From contig JAUGWO010000023.1 in assembly GCA_049724395.1 (NCBI GenBank), forward strand, positions 124,001 through 188,000: DNA of 64,000 bases. The letters are read 5' to 3'. Under the pieces are notes generated by a model. The model ran no database searches. It saw only the letters and a program-made list of their open reading frames with translations, and had not been told where the DNA came from. The stretch is from Spongospora subterranea f. sp. subterranea (lineage: Eukaryota). Shown in pieces: positions 39,244 to 49,998 of this stretch. Numbering within the stretch: position 1 is the stretch's first letter; each line of letters starts with the position of its first letter. A program made the position numbers and the translations under genes.

Positions 39244-42200
39244 TCAACGAAACAATTGCCCGAGATACTCCATTGTGACCAGCTTGGAAGGATTTTCCTT
39301 ATGGGTGGAGAGTGAATCAACCAAAAGATCTTTCGCTAAACGTTGCTTCCGATCTTGAAGAGACAAAATCCGTTCCTCAACGGATTTTTCAATAATCTGA
39401 TATAACGTGTTATAGCGGGACTAAGAGCACACAACGCCATACTAATCGATGAATAAAGACAGGTTTGGTCTGCCCAATTCTGTAGATCCTATCGAAAGCT
39501 TGTTCCTCTACGCTCCCATTCCACCATACGTCAAGCGCGAAGCAATGATTGGCGACTGTCAAGTTTAATCCAACTCCGGCACATTTCAAACTGAGCAGAA
39601 ACACGGTAATCGCTGTATCGGCATTAAACTGGTCGATCGCCTTTTGCCGCGCTTCTCGGGTCATGGTTCCGTCCAAACGAACGAAACGGTACCCTGACTC
39701 CGTTAATACTGGACCTATCATGTCGATCATCGTGGTCCATTGGCTGTAAATATGTCAACAAATGCAATTGCAGACTGAGCAGACAGGTACCTAAATATTA
39801 CAGACTTGTCACCTGATTGCGAATCGCGAATAGCCTCTAACTCTTTCAGCAGATATGCGATTTTGGGAGAGTCGCGAAAATCAGCATTTTGCGATTCAGC
39901 AAGCGGCTTATCCTTGCCAATTGTAACACTCGTTAATAGCGATTTTGATAACGGTTTTCGACATATCGGGCACTGCGCTTTCTCATCAAGGGCCTGTACT
40001 CTTGAGTGTTGAAACCAATATTTTTAACCGAGTATATATTTGAAAGCTAACCGGGAATATACATTCGATGCAGTAGTGATGGCCACAAGGAGCACGTACT
40101 CGCAAATCGGATATAGGATCGCAACATATGGGGCATCCGCTGTCGACATCAGCTGTAGATATTACGTCGTGAGTAGTATTCACTCAAATTGTGCATCAAC
40201 TTCACCAACAATGAGGATCAGGACTTGGCAATGTTTGAAGTTCCGCAGGGGACTTGATGGCGAGTTTCAAGAATGAGGTCTCTAAATCGCTACAAACCCC
40301 GGACACGACAGGCTGGGAATTTCTTGGCAAGTCGATGCCCGTTTTGATTCCATTACAAAACTGGCGAAGACGAAGGATAGCTGTCAAGACAGCACCATAG
40401 CCTCCCTCCTATAATGTTCTTTAACCGACGATGATGCAATTTTCAGATAAAAAGTAACCTTTCTATCACGAAATTTCAAAAACTCCTTCTTGCATGCGGC
40501 TTCCAGCTCGTGATATGATCTGGACTCGACAATCGAGAACGTTAGGCGATGCACCGTGACATTCCTGTATTCCACTTCAACAATAGTTTCATAAAAACGG
40601 GTAACAAACCGTGGAGGCAACTGCACCAATAGTTTGCCGTCAGCTCCGGCGGTCCGTTTTCGTTCTTCTGATCATTACACTTTGCAAGACAGGACGTAAC
40701 CGATCCACGCTTTGTTTTTTGGCATAATTCGTTCCTACAGTATCAATGATTGAGGACGATACGGACTGAACCGAAAAGAGACCAACCCGACCGAAAAGTT
40801 TTTTCCAATAGAAATGATTATCGAAAGGAGCGAACTGGAGGAACTTCAGAGCAGAGTAAAGATCGGCGAGTTCGTTTTGCAATGGAGTTGCTGCAATTAT
40901 CGTTAAGCTACGACAAAAAAAAAGGACTCAACTTACCAGACATGTACCACCTACAAATTGCTGATAGTCAGATAACTCAAAAAAAAATCAACCCAATATA
41001 TCAAACCTTGCGATAGATTTTAGGTGGTACGTTGCTTTAGCAGAGATCGTCTTGAAATTTTTGATTATATGCGCCTCCTGTACAACTGTTGAAGCTGGAT
41101 ATCAGACATCAAATCAAGTGGGGAGGTACATCCAGAACGACCCGTGACCAACGAATGCAGTGCAATGTTTTGTCACGCTCAGACTTGAAAGATGACACCA
41201 CAACCTGATGCGTGGAACCGTTAGAATACCAATTACTCGGCCTGATAAATTTACCTGGTACGTAGTAATAACAACGTCAAATTTGGATAGAGCACTTGAG
41301 TCCTGTGAACGACGAGTTCCATGATGAACAGTGACCGATAGGCAATCTGGGGCAGAATGTCGGACGATTTCATCTCTCCACTGTTGAATTTGAAATCATC
41401 ATGAGAAATCATCGCTGAACAGTCGTGTTTACAGACTTACTTGAGTTATCACAGCCAATGGACATACAACCAATGTCGCCTTCGATGGAATCAAGCCTGT
41501 ATGATCAGCATTTTGGCGTTCGACAGGGTGCGAAGACAAAATCAGCGCTAGCATCTGGACCGTCTTGCCCAATCCCATATCTGAAACCACGTTTATATGT
41601 TGCTTTCCCGAATCGGAACGGCAAATACCATCTGCTATGATGCCTCCTTGCGGTTGGTCAAGTGCGGCAGCATTTTCCCGATGGTACATCCAGCTAACAC
41701 CGAGTTTTTGGTATTGATAAAGGGGAGTCAGCAAATCTGCACTAAATCGAAATCTAATCTGAAACATCAACAACCTATCAGCACCCAAACGTAGAATTTC
41801 ACCTCCTTAACATGGTTCTTTTGTGCCAACAAGTCGTTTAAGCTTTGCAGATGAGTTTCCGACACCTGTTAGTCCAATTCTATTGCGAATATAACGAGAT
41901 GTTGTCTTCATACCGTAGGCTGAATTAGCTGCTCGGGTATACGCGATTTGACAGAGAGATTCGCTAACGACGCTTCTAACGCATCAATTTCAGGGGATGG
42001 ATTCGCTGGCCGTACTGACGACAACGACTTCGGCGCAGATTGATACGGTTTAACCGAAGGATGAGAGGGCGACTAACGTTTGACAATATATGTGAGCATA
42101 GTGAGCATCAGCGGAATTGAATTTTGAAAAAACACCTTTCCAACTAAAGCTTCTTGCAACAGCTGCAGCTTCTTTCGCAATCGAGCGCCGTTATCGGGTG

Positions 42201-42848
42201 TATGACTGATTAAATCTTTGTCACTTAATGATGCCTCAACAGATTTGATTTGTGTCGTTACGAAACTGAACGAACATGACGCGTATTCTGAACAAACCAA
42301 TTGAAAAAATCAGGATTTAGTTATGATACCATGTCAACTCACCATTCTGGATAATGACTTCTGGCAGTGGCAACGAATTTGGCACCACCAAAGTGTTTGA
42401 AACCTGAGCATTTTTCTGTCTTTCATCGTCAATCCACTGGAAAAACCTGAACATATGGACCTTGAGTTCCGACTACATATGTAGCTTTTTGAACCGAACC
42501 GGCAAATCCGCTGCGCGCATGTGAAAAACTGCCGGCCTCGATTGCGATCGGTATTAGCGGTTCTTAAAACGGCCTTGATATGACACATGCACTCTGGTGC
42601 ATCTGGTTGTACTGGCGATGAATTTTTCCATGAACAAAAACTACAAAAAGCCAATTGAAATCAGATTAAGACGACTGTTTGCCCATTGAATTGCCCATTG
42701 AAAACAAAAACCTGCAAGCGTCATCGCTGCCATACCGGCTGCACCCGTAAAACTTCCGCCCTAGGTTAAGTCCTGGTTTCCTAACCGTGCGAAGAACAGA
42801 TCTTATTCCATCTGGACATCGGCAAAACGGTGGATCTTCATTCGACAT
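39244..42848 (-). CDS. SNF2 helicase, TTF2/RAD5-16-like, with two N-terminal GRF zinc fingers and an inserted RING
   Basis: zf-GRF 'CRCPDG...NLGRKFYGC' and 'CMCH...NRGRQFFTC'. Helicase motifs GGIIAD/DMGLGKT, LVVCP, LD/EAH, QNELADLYS, RLRQFC, LSLKCAGVGLNLT, QAFDRIYRIGQ. RING 'CPICCD...PCGHHYCIECI...CPICR'. Confidence 0.88.
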
Positions 42849-43321
42849 TTGGTAGAATATGTTCCGCAGGTCTACGAATAGTTCGACCACCAGACGAACA
42901 AGCAGCTACACAGGTTGGACGGAGTCCGGTCCGTCCAACATGAACAGTGAAGGCCGCCATCAACTACAATATCAGAGGGCGTGATATCGTCGACATTCAA
43001 AGGAAAAAAATTGAGGGATGTTCATTACCACAGTAGGTTCATCCCCAGATTTCAGTCAAAATTCACAGGTCAATAACTGCGACTATCGAGCTCGTTCAAA
43101 AACCAGAGGTGCCGTGTCTGCTCGTTACTTATTCGCCGAAAGTTACAGTGCATTAATCCAGGAATTGCAGTCTTTGAAAGGCGTGATTAGATTATTATTA
43201 ATGATACGGTATGTACAGGCCATGCGATATGAGTCATGTGACTAATGACGGCACCCGTAACGATACCAACCGTTGCATTGCCCCCATTGTCAGTCGGATA
43301 CAATTACGGGCCACAATCGTG

Positions 43322-44202
43322 TTACAAGCCATGCGATACGACTAGTGACGGCTCCCGTAACGCTATCAACCGTTGTATTGCCCCCATGGTTAGTCGGATA
43401 CAATGAAAGGCCACAATCGTCTCCATATTTGGGCACCGTTCTTGGAGCATCTCTAGACCCACATCCGATATATTCGTCTGGCTTACATCCAGGAACTGCA
43501 GGCTTTGAAAGGCGCGATCAGCCTTCCAATTTTCGATTTGCGCTGTCTCAAACGGAAAAGGATCATCGATTATTCTGCACGAATCTGATACATGTTCGAT
43601 GGCCACATCAGTAAGACGTCGACATCCCGACAGGATCAAGGTTCGGATTCCGGGACAGCCGCTGGCCAAGCCGGCTATGCCACGATCCGTCAAAGATGAG
43701 CACCCGGTTAGGTCGAGGAATTCCAGCGAAGGGAACAAGGCAATGATGTCCATATGAGCGTCTTGAACATGGCAAAATTGCATTGATATGTGAGTTATAC
43801 CGCGACATCCTATAAGGGATTTGAAAACAAATTGGCATCTGGACAAGCAACCCCACCTTGGAAGAGTTTAACGAGTGAATTGGCAGTTATATGACAGCCA
43901 TGACCAAACTCGATCCGTCTCAGTGCCGGCGAATGCAGCGCGATTTCCGATAAAGCTGTCTGGATGGCCGATGGCGAAAGTGTCGGGTCGACGTATACGG
44001 ATTCTAATCGAGGTAGCGCCAGATATTGGCGAGATACTCCCCGCTCAAGATTGATATGCTGAAACGTGCCGAGGTAGCTTGGATGACGGCAAAGATCCTG
44101 TATATGACGGCAGATTAGAGCGATGCCACCATAAACGACCTCTTCTGTCGCTAGATACGACAAGATAATCGATACGATATCAATGGGAGCATTACTTAAC
44201 AT
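43322..44202 (-). CDS. F-box/LRR-repeat protein
   Basis: F-box 'LSNAPIDIVSIILSYL...LICR' and cysteine-containing LRRs (LDLTGCSSLTD, LILSGCRRLTD). One intron at ~43810-43856 joins the two ORFs. Confidence 0.85.
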
Positions 44203-45071
44203 AGATTAAATATGGGCGGTTTCAATCCATTCACTTGACAACTCAAAACATGAAATGAGTCAACGGGGCCCCGAAGCGGAATAAGATAAAAAACGGTTCC
44301 CCCGATCGGAGCTCACACTTCACCTCAAATGCTGCCGAATGCTCCGGTCCTCCGATCACGCTTATCATCGTGTCCTATCCGATTAAGCATGAAGATGACT
44401 CGAATTGCCGGCAGATAAAGCCAACATATTGGTTAAATTTTCTGTTTGAAAGGCCTCAACTTTCGTGATATTCAATGGCCTTCAGTGAATGCACGTAGAA
44501 CAGCATCAATGATGCAAAGCGAAACTTTGTACACACCTCTGAATGAAGGCAAGGGCGTTAAAGAGCCGTTTTGAAGTTTCTTATAACGACATCAGGAAGA
44601 GCAGGAGAATGTGAAGGACGCGACAGTAAAGACAAAAACCTCCTCAACGCAAGACCAAGCGCGACTTCCTTGGACTCGAGGGAGGGGAGAATTCTCGTCG
44701 TCTCCATTTGATTTATCAAATGGCGACTTTTGTCGTCAGACTTTTGGTCGTGCGTTGAGTAGGAAGACTCTGGGTTTTCACTGGCGCGTCATGCATCCAG
44801 AATCTATCCTTCTTCTCTTCCCAATCTTCGCTATCAGAATCTTCGAAAGGGCTCTCAGCTACCTTGCCATCATTTTGTTCTGCTCCACGAGTTTTTGTCA
44901 TCCAGTGTTATCAGAACCACACCTTCGGATGTTCAAGGGAGCACTATGCTCCGAATACAAGTTTTTGTTTCGAAGATTAACATATTCCAATCCTTGTGTC
45001 ATATTTTCAAAAAATGACTGCAGTGTTTGCCTTCAGTGACACAAAAAAACATCAGAACAGCATCGACAGGG

Positions 45072-45145
45072 GCCCGCGTAGCTCAATTGGTTAGAGCGTG
45101 GGACTTTTAATCTCAAGGTTGCGAGTTCGAGTCTCGCTGCGGGCT
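45072..45145 (+). tRNA. trnK-UUU: tRNA-Lys(UUU)
   Basis: Cloverleaf: acceptor GCCCGCG/TGCGGGC, D arm GCTC/GAGC, anticodon stem TGGGA/TCTCA with loop CT-TTT-AA, T arm GCGAG-TTCGAGT-CTCGC. Confidence 0.93.
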
Positions 45146-45234
45146 AATCTTTACACTATATTTTTGAAAGTATAGTTCACTCAATCCTTATTATCACATA
45201 GATGTAGCAAGACACAGCTTCAATCTGCTACTTT

Positions 45235-45721
45235 TTATTTTGAAATAACTCGGCAGGCGGAGCGTCCAAACGTGTTTTCGCCGCTGTAATGAATGTAGAG
45301 AAACCCGTCGCTACTCTTTTGTTCCTCATAAACCGTGGATAGCAGCGCCGCTATAAGAACGCTTGAGAAGCAATTAGATCTGGTAACGATAGACTTACAG
45401 GTCGCCGGTAGCGTGTTATTGACAAAAATAAAAATTCCTTTCTCGGGCGCCAACTTGATCCGCTTTCTGATCACATAAACAAATTGTCCTACGGTTAAGT
45501 CCGATGGGACAAGGTACTTCTTCTTGTCAATATCGGCAATGTCGCTCTTGGGTGACTTTTCACATATCACCGGGATTCTGTCCGGATACTTGTCCCGAAT
45601 GCGTTGAGACTCTGCTTGACGAAACTCTAAAAACCACAAATACTGGGTCAGACTATACTGTTGAGGAAAACAGCCACTTGGCGCCCATACCGAACGTATT
45701 CAGATCTGCAAACGACGTCAT
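45235..45721 (-). CDS. ATG8: Autophagy ubiquitin-like protein ATG8
   Basis: '[16 protein letters not shown]...[25 protein letters not shown]...[15 protein letters not shown]' plus a 9-aa tail. ATG 45721, two introns. Confidence 0.96.
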
Positions 45722-46018
45722 AGGGAATGGATGAAGCGATTCGGAGGATATACGGCAAAATAAATGGGTCTCCAAAATCACTGGTGCGGAAGCGTCGTTT
45801 CGTCCGCGGTCCCACGAGTATTCACTTTTCACTGACCGAACAACGTTGTTGCGAGCATTGCCCAGTTCGGTAGATCACTCGTGCGAGACATTAATTATTC
45901 AATCCATTTTAATTATTCAATCCATCTATCAAACCGGGGCGCGATGCTTGTAGCAAGCGAAAGTTAGAGATGTTCGCTCTGATTTGGGAAAAATCAATCC
46001 AGCTTCTTCAAAAAAAGT

Positions 46019-46092
46019 AGCCCGTGGCGAGACTCGAACTCGCAGCCTTGAGATTAAAAGTCCCACGCTCTAACCAATTGAGCTACACGGGC
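46019..46092 (-). tRNA. trnK-UUU: tRNA-Lys(UUU)
   Basis: Reverse complement GCCCGTGTAGCTCAATTGGTTAGAGCGTGGGACTTTTAATCTCAAGGCTGCGAGTTCGAGTCTCGCCACGGGCT, followed by a T7 Pol III terminator. Confidence 0.93.
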
Positions 46093-46099
46093 CAAATTT

Positions 46100-46184
46100 T
46101 GCCAACGACGAGGATCGAACTCGCGCGCAGCTTCCGCCACAAACGTGCTTAAGACGTTCGCCTTAACCACTCGGCCACATTGGC
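46100..46184 (-). tRNA. trnL-UAA: tRNA-Leu(UAA)
   Basis: Acceptor GCCAATG/CGTTGGC, discriminator A, anticodon stem AACGT/ACGTT with loop CT-TAA-GC, long variable arm, T loop TTCGATC. Confidence 0.92.
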
Positions 46185-46547
46185 AATTTTGGTAATGGAT
46201 GCAGTTACAATACGGTTTATGTGATATATACTACTATGCGGTACTATGCAAATACTGGATAACATGTATTTACACCTTGCCCTACAGCAATCGTGGGCGA
46301 AATTTGAGAATACACCATACAGCATGCCAGCATGCGAGAATGAGACCGTGAGCTATTGTTGGTCAATTGTGAAACTCGGGCTTTCCATTAACTATTCGAA
46401 ATACTAATGTTTGTTTTTATGACGATTCACTAGATGCAGTATTGCCGAATGAACGATTGGGAACAAACACTTAATCAGACGAATACGCCCCATTGCTGCT
46501 TGAATTGTCTGTTTGTCCATAACTGAAAGCATCTTCTTGGCTCAAGG

Positions 46548-46714
46548 AATACTGAGAGTAATCTCTGCCTCCTTGCTTTTGAATTATTGGAGAACACCAG
46601 ACTCTGGCTTAATTTAGCAACTTGCGTTGTCCATAGGCTGAGGTGCCCGGAATCCCGTGCCATTCTTCAACATTTCAAAGGCAAGGAGGCGGAGAGATGG
46701 TTACTCTCAGTATT
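46548..46714. repeat. Imperfect inverted repeat (36-nt arm versus 41-nt arm, ~90-nt loop)
   Basis: 46548-46583 aatactgagagtaatctctgcctccttgcttttgaa pairs with 46674-46714 ttcaaaggcaaggaggcggagagatggttactctcagtatt, with two mismatches and a 5-nt bulge. Confidence 0.85.
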
Positions 46715-46739
46715 TCTAGCAGTGATTTGGGAAACTGAT

Positions 46740-47230
46740 GGGATCGAATCGTGTTTGCAATGTTGACGAACTGGAACATCGTATATTGACGGTTTATTGC
46801 TCATATTCAATGACGTGTGATTCTTGACTCCATTGAGAAACAAAATGGGGTTTTGGTTCATGTTCACAATCATCAATCAATCAAAACGCATTTGAGCTTC
46901 ATCGATTCGATGAAGTCTTTGGCCACAGCGAGCATAATCGCTGGATTGTTTTGTGCAGTGTGAGTTTACAATGGATGCTGTGGACAAAGCGACGAAACGC
47001 ACAATCTCTTGTGCGGGCCGTTTTACGACGAAATGTGGAGTTCTATCGATGCGACGTAGACGTCAATCATCTGCACTATCGGATTCACAGTTTTCAATAT
47101 CCACACTAGGATACCCTCTTCCAAATCTTGTACAATAGATCGTCGGCCTACCGACTTTGCTTTGGGATTAACCGCCTGCAAACGGTCCCTAATTTCGGCC
47201 CACCATGATCCTTGATTGAGTAGGACCCCG
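46740..47230 (-). mobile_element. Degenerate pogo-like transposase remnant (different family from the 23-kb element)
   Basis: Ordered, frameshifted pieces: 'NPKAKSVGRRSIVQDLEEGILVWI' (HTH start), 'THTAQNNPAIMLAVAKDFIESMKLK', 'IVNMNQNPILF' (decayed NMDQTP motif). Confidence 0.6.
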
Positions 47231-48107
47231 AATAAAGCTTACACTTACCATAATGTGTTTTGACCAATCCATGTTTGTGAACATGTAACGAACCCCCATT
47301 ATTTCTAATGGAGCCAAGACCTACGCTTCATCAATAGGGGAAAAATTGTCAAGGTACGATTTCCAGTTTGTCAACAAATTCAAACACCGTTTCGGTCCCA
47401 TCAGTTACTAAAAACACGGCAAGTGACTGTTCCACCTTCTGTCGAGTTCTTGACCATTCAAAAGACATGGAGCGAATGTGAACAAAAGCATTGAGGTGAA
47501 AAACGGCGCCGCAAATCGTATTCACAAGATGACACAGCGCCGATGTTTCTCCGAAAGGGCGGCTCGCACGAGGGCAACTCGCGGCGACGAGCCGACGATC
47601 AAGGTCGCTCTCGGCCGTTGGCTAAGTACAGAACACCAGGAGGCTGGTAAATGGCATCACATGCTCAGGCGTACAATGATTTCACCACACACAATACGAC
47701 TGCATACAACCTGAAATGCCATTCTCTAACGTCAATTGCTTGGAAAAAAATGTTGTTAAAGAGCATCTTGTTAGATCAATCAGAGAATACGTTGACGATT
47801 CACAGGCTTCGGAACTTTTGAATCGGAAAGTCGGAAAGACCATGATGCCCGATGGCGGTTCTGCATATCCTGTGTTGCTGCGAAGGCTGAATGGTGCTAT
47901 GTTGTTTATCAAGATGCTCACTATTCACTTATTTTGTACTATTTACAGTGACAAGAACTCACCACCGATTATCGTGGGCTACGATATGTTCTAACTTTAA
48001 CTTTCACAATTGACCGCAATAGCAATACACGCTCTTACCCTTGATTTATTCTTTTTGTGATCACGGGCTCATTTTGGCATGCTGTATGGGGTATTGTTAA
48101 ATATGTA

Positions 48108-48296
48108 CTCCCTCTGTCCCGTATGAATTGTCAAAATCGAGAAAGTGCGTAATCCCGTATGAATTGTCAGACACAATAAAACATGGGCTTTCCTCTGGTG
48201 GACCTTGAGCTTATCTGCGAAAGCGGAAAAGGCACCTTTGACAGGGTGGCCATTTGAGTGTTGGTCATGATCTTTCAAATGCTCTGCGATACGCAT
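48108..48296 (-). mobile_element. Stowaway/mariner-like transposon end with transposase N-terminal HTH fragment
   Basis: TA then CTCCCTCTGTCCC (Stowaway-type TIR start). 17-bp direct repeat tcccgtatgaattgtca at 48117 and 48154. Minus-strand 'HSNGHPVKGAFSAFADKLKVHQR' resembles the N-terminus of DD39D mariner transposases. Matching AGGGAG-TA at 49837-49844. Confidence 0.65.
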
Positions 48297-48432
48297 TGGA
48301 CATTTAGGGGCTTTCGTATCATCAGCCCCGCTTCCAGGTTTTAATTTCATCCTAGAGAAATTCATTTCCAAATTCGTAGTAAATCCCATGAACCCCCTGT
48401 AATTTTGTCCCGCTATCTGATATAGGTATGTC

Positions 48433-48493
48433 GACGATCAGATACCGTCGTAGTCTCAACCATAAACTATGTCGACTAGGGATTGGCGGTCGT
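48433..48493 (+). pseudogene. Isolated ~60-bp 18S rRNA fragment (sense orientation)
   Basis: GACGATCAGATACCGTCGTAGTCTCAACCATAAACTATGTCGACTAGGGATTGGCGGTCGT is the conserved eukaryotic SSU block after V4. Flanks are not rRNA. Confidence 0.9.
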
Positions 48494-48575
48494 ATCTCTA
48501 CCGACGCTATATCGATGACGTATTTTTTCATCTTCGACGCGAATTCGGAATATCGTCTATGGGAATTGGGAACAA

Positions 48576-49836
48576 TTTATTAGAATGGTTTTACGCAGTC
48601 TACGCGGGGCTTCGCGTCTGAACGAGTAGGACGCTCAGACCTAGCAGGAGTTGCTTCGATTGAGCGCCTAGAACGTCCAGACGCTTTAGCCACCGCTCCG
48701 ACGTTAGAGACAGAAATCCTGACGTAGTGACGAAAATGGGCGAAAATGGGGCCAGGAACGCCCTGTCATACTTCCTATTCTTCTCGTGTTCTCGAACTTC
48801 GAGCATGCGGCGAATGGCTTGCTTTGTTACTGCGGTCGGCTTCGCGACAAGGTCGGGACGGGGCGGGCCGGGATTGCTTGATTGTGGACTGTAGAGGTCG
48901 CGACGAACGTCAGGTCAATATTGCCGCATACGCCGTTCGGGGCAGCTTGCCCGACAACTCGAAGATCGACCCGTAGTCCCGGGTTCGCGCCGTCATGGTC
49001 AGCGTGGGCTTCGGCTGAAACTGTAGAGGCCTTGGCGCGACATGCCTTGGTCAGAAACGCACAGATCTTGTCATGGCGGGTCTTGGCAGGTTGGTTCCGC
49101 CGGATTTCACAGCGGTCGGCATGGAGGAACGTGGCAGTCTGTGCGCAGCTCTGGCAAATCGTCGCCGCCTCTAAGTTGATCAGGAGGCGGGTGGTCAAGG
49201 CCGAACAAACCTGACGGTTCGACAGCTCTAGACTTGGGAGGTATGGGACGACCTGTAGCCAGGCTTGCGATAGCGGGGACATGTGATCGACGTGGGCGGC
49301 GCGCAGTGGTGGAGGTAGCGAAGCGTGAAGGACTTCGTCACGATCACGCTGGAGCTCGGGGAGGCGTCGGGGAGCTCGCAGCGGGGGAATTGGCGGCCAT
49401 TGGTGCACATTTCCATGAGCCATGCTGAGGACAATGTCTGCGACTGGGTCGACATCTCGTCGAGGATGAAGTCGTAATCTGTGATGCCCACGCCGCCCAG
49501 TCGGACCGGGAGAGTCGCCACCTGTTTGGAAGAGACGGACAAGGCAGGGACGCCACACATCGAACGCAGGCCTTCCAGGAGTCCATCGGTAGCGCGGCGC
49601 CACTCTGCAGCGAGAGAATCTCCGTCCAGTGAGCGGGTCAGATGAGTTAGCGTGTTCTGGACACAGCAACGCAGTAGTAACAGAGCCTCCTGATGGCGGA
49701 GGGCCACCACCTTGGGGATCATAGAAAGCATGGCGTCGACCTTGGTGGCCAAGAAGGAGCGCCTCGGGGCCAGGTCACCGATCATCGTTCCTAGGAATTG
49801 CATGCCAAGCGTGCGGATGTCGGATGAGGAGATCAC
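48576..49836 (-). mobile_element. 5'-truncated, frameshifted non-LTR retrotransposon with restriction-like endonuclease (CRE/MoTeR/Cnl1-like clade)
   Basis: RT thumb 'GMQFLGTMIG...QEALLLLRCC...LTHLTRS...QVATLPVRLGGVGI'; CCHC 'CQSCAQTATFLHADRC'; RLE 'RHDKI...E...RVDL...IDLTF...REHEKNRKY...FSPIFVTTSG'. AATAAA about 20 nt after the stop. Visibly GC-richer than its flanks. Confidence 0.85.
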
Positions 49837-49906
49837 AGGGAGTATACTGTATTTGCAGAGTGTGTATCACATAAATCGTATTGTAACTGCATCCATTTTC
49901 AAAATT

Positions 49907-49991
49907 GCCAATGTGGCCGAGTGGTTAAGGCGAGCGTCTTAAGCACGTTTGTGGCGGAAGCTGCGCGCGAGTTCGATCCTCGTCGTTGGCA
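49907..49991 (+). tRNA. trnL-UAA: tRNA-Leu(UAA)
   Basis: Same as the 46100-46184 copy except one A-to-G change in the anticodon stem, giving a G-U pair. Confidence 0.92.
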
Positions 49992-49998
49992 AAATTTG

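Noticed and set aside
43810..43856. Overlapping ORFs in the F-box gene suggesting a frameshift
   Set aside because: A GT-AG intron (gtgggg...cttatag) joins FQG to CRG in frame.
44210..45060. Unexplained DNA upstream of the solitary tRNA-Lys, possibly TE scraps
   Set aside because: Short acidic ORF pieces only; no motif, TIR or TSD recognised.
46100..46184. Possible stop-suppressor tRNA (TTA/TAA in the loop)
   Set aside because: The loop parses as CT-TAA-GC, giving anticodon UAA (Leu), with a Leu-type long variable arm and A73. Host genes end in standard stops.
48433..48493. Functional 18S rRNA gene or rDNA unit
   Set aside because: Only ~60 bp match; both flanks are non-rRNA.
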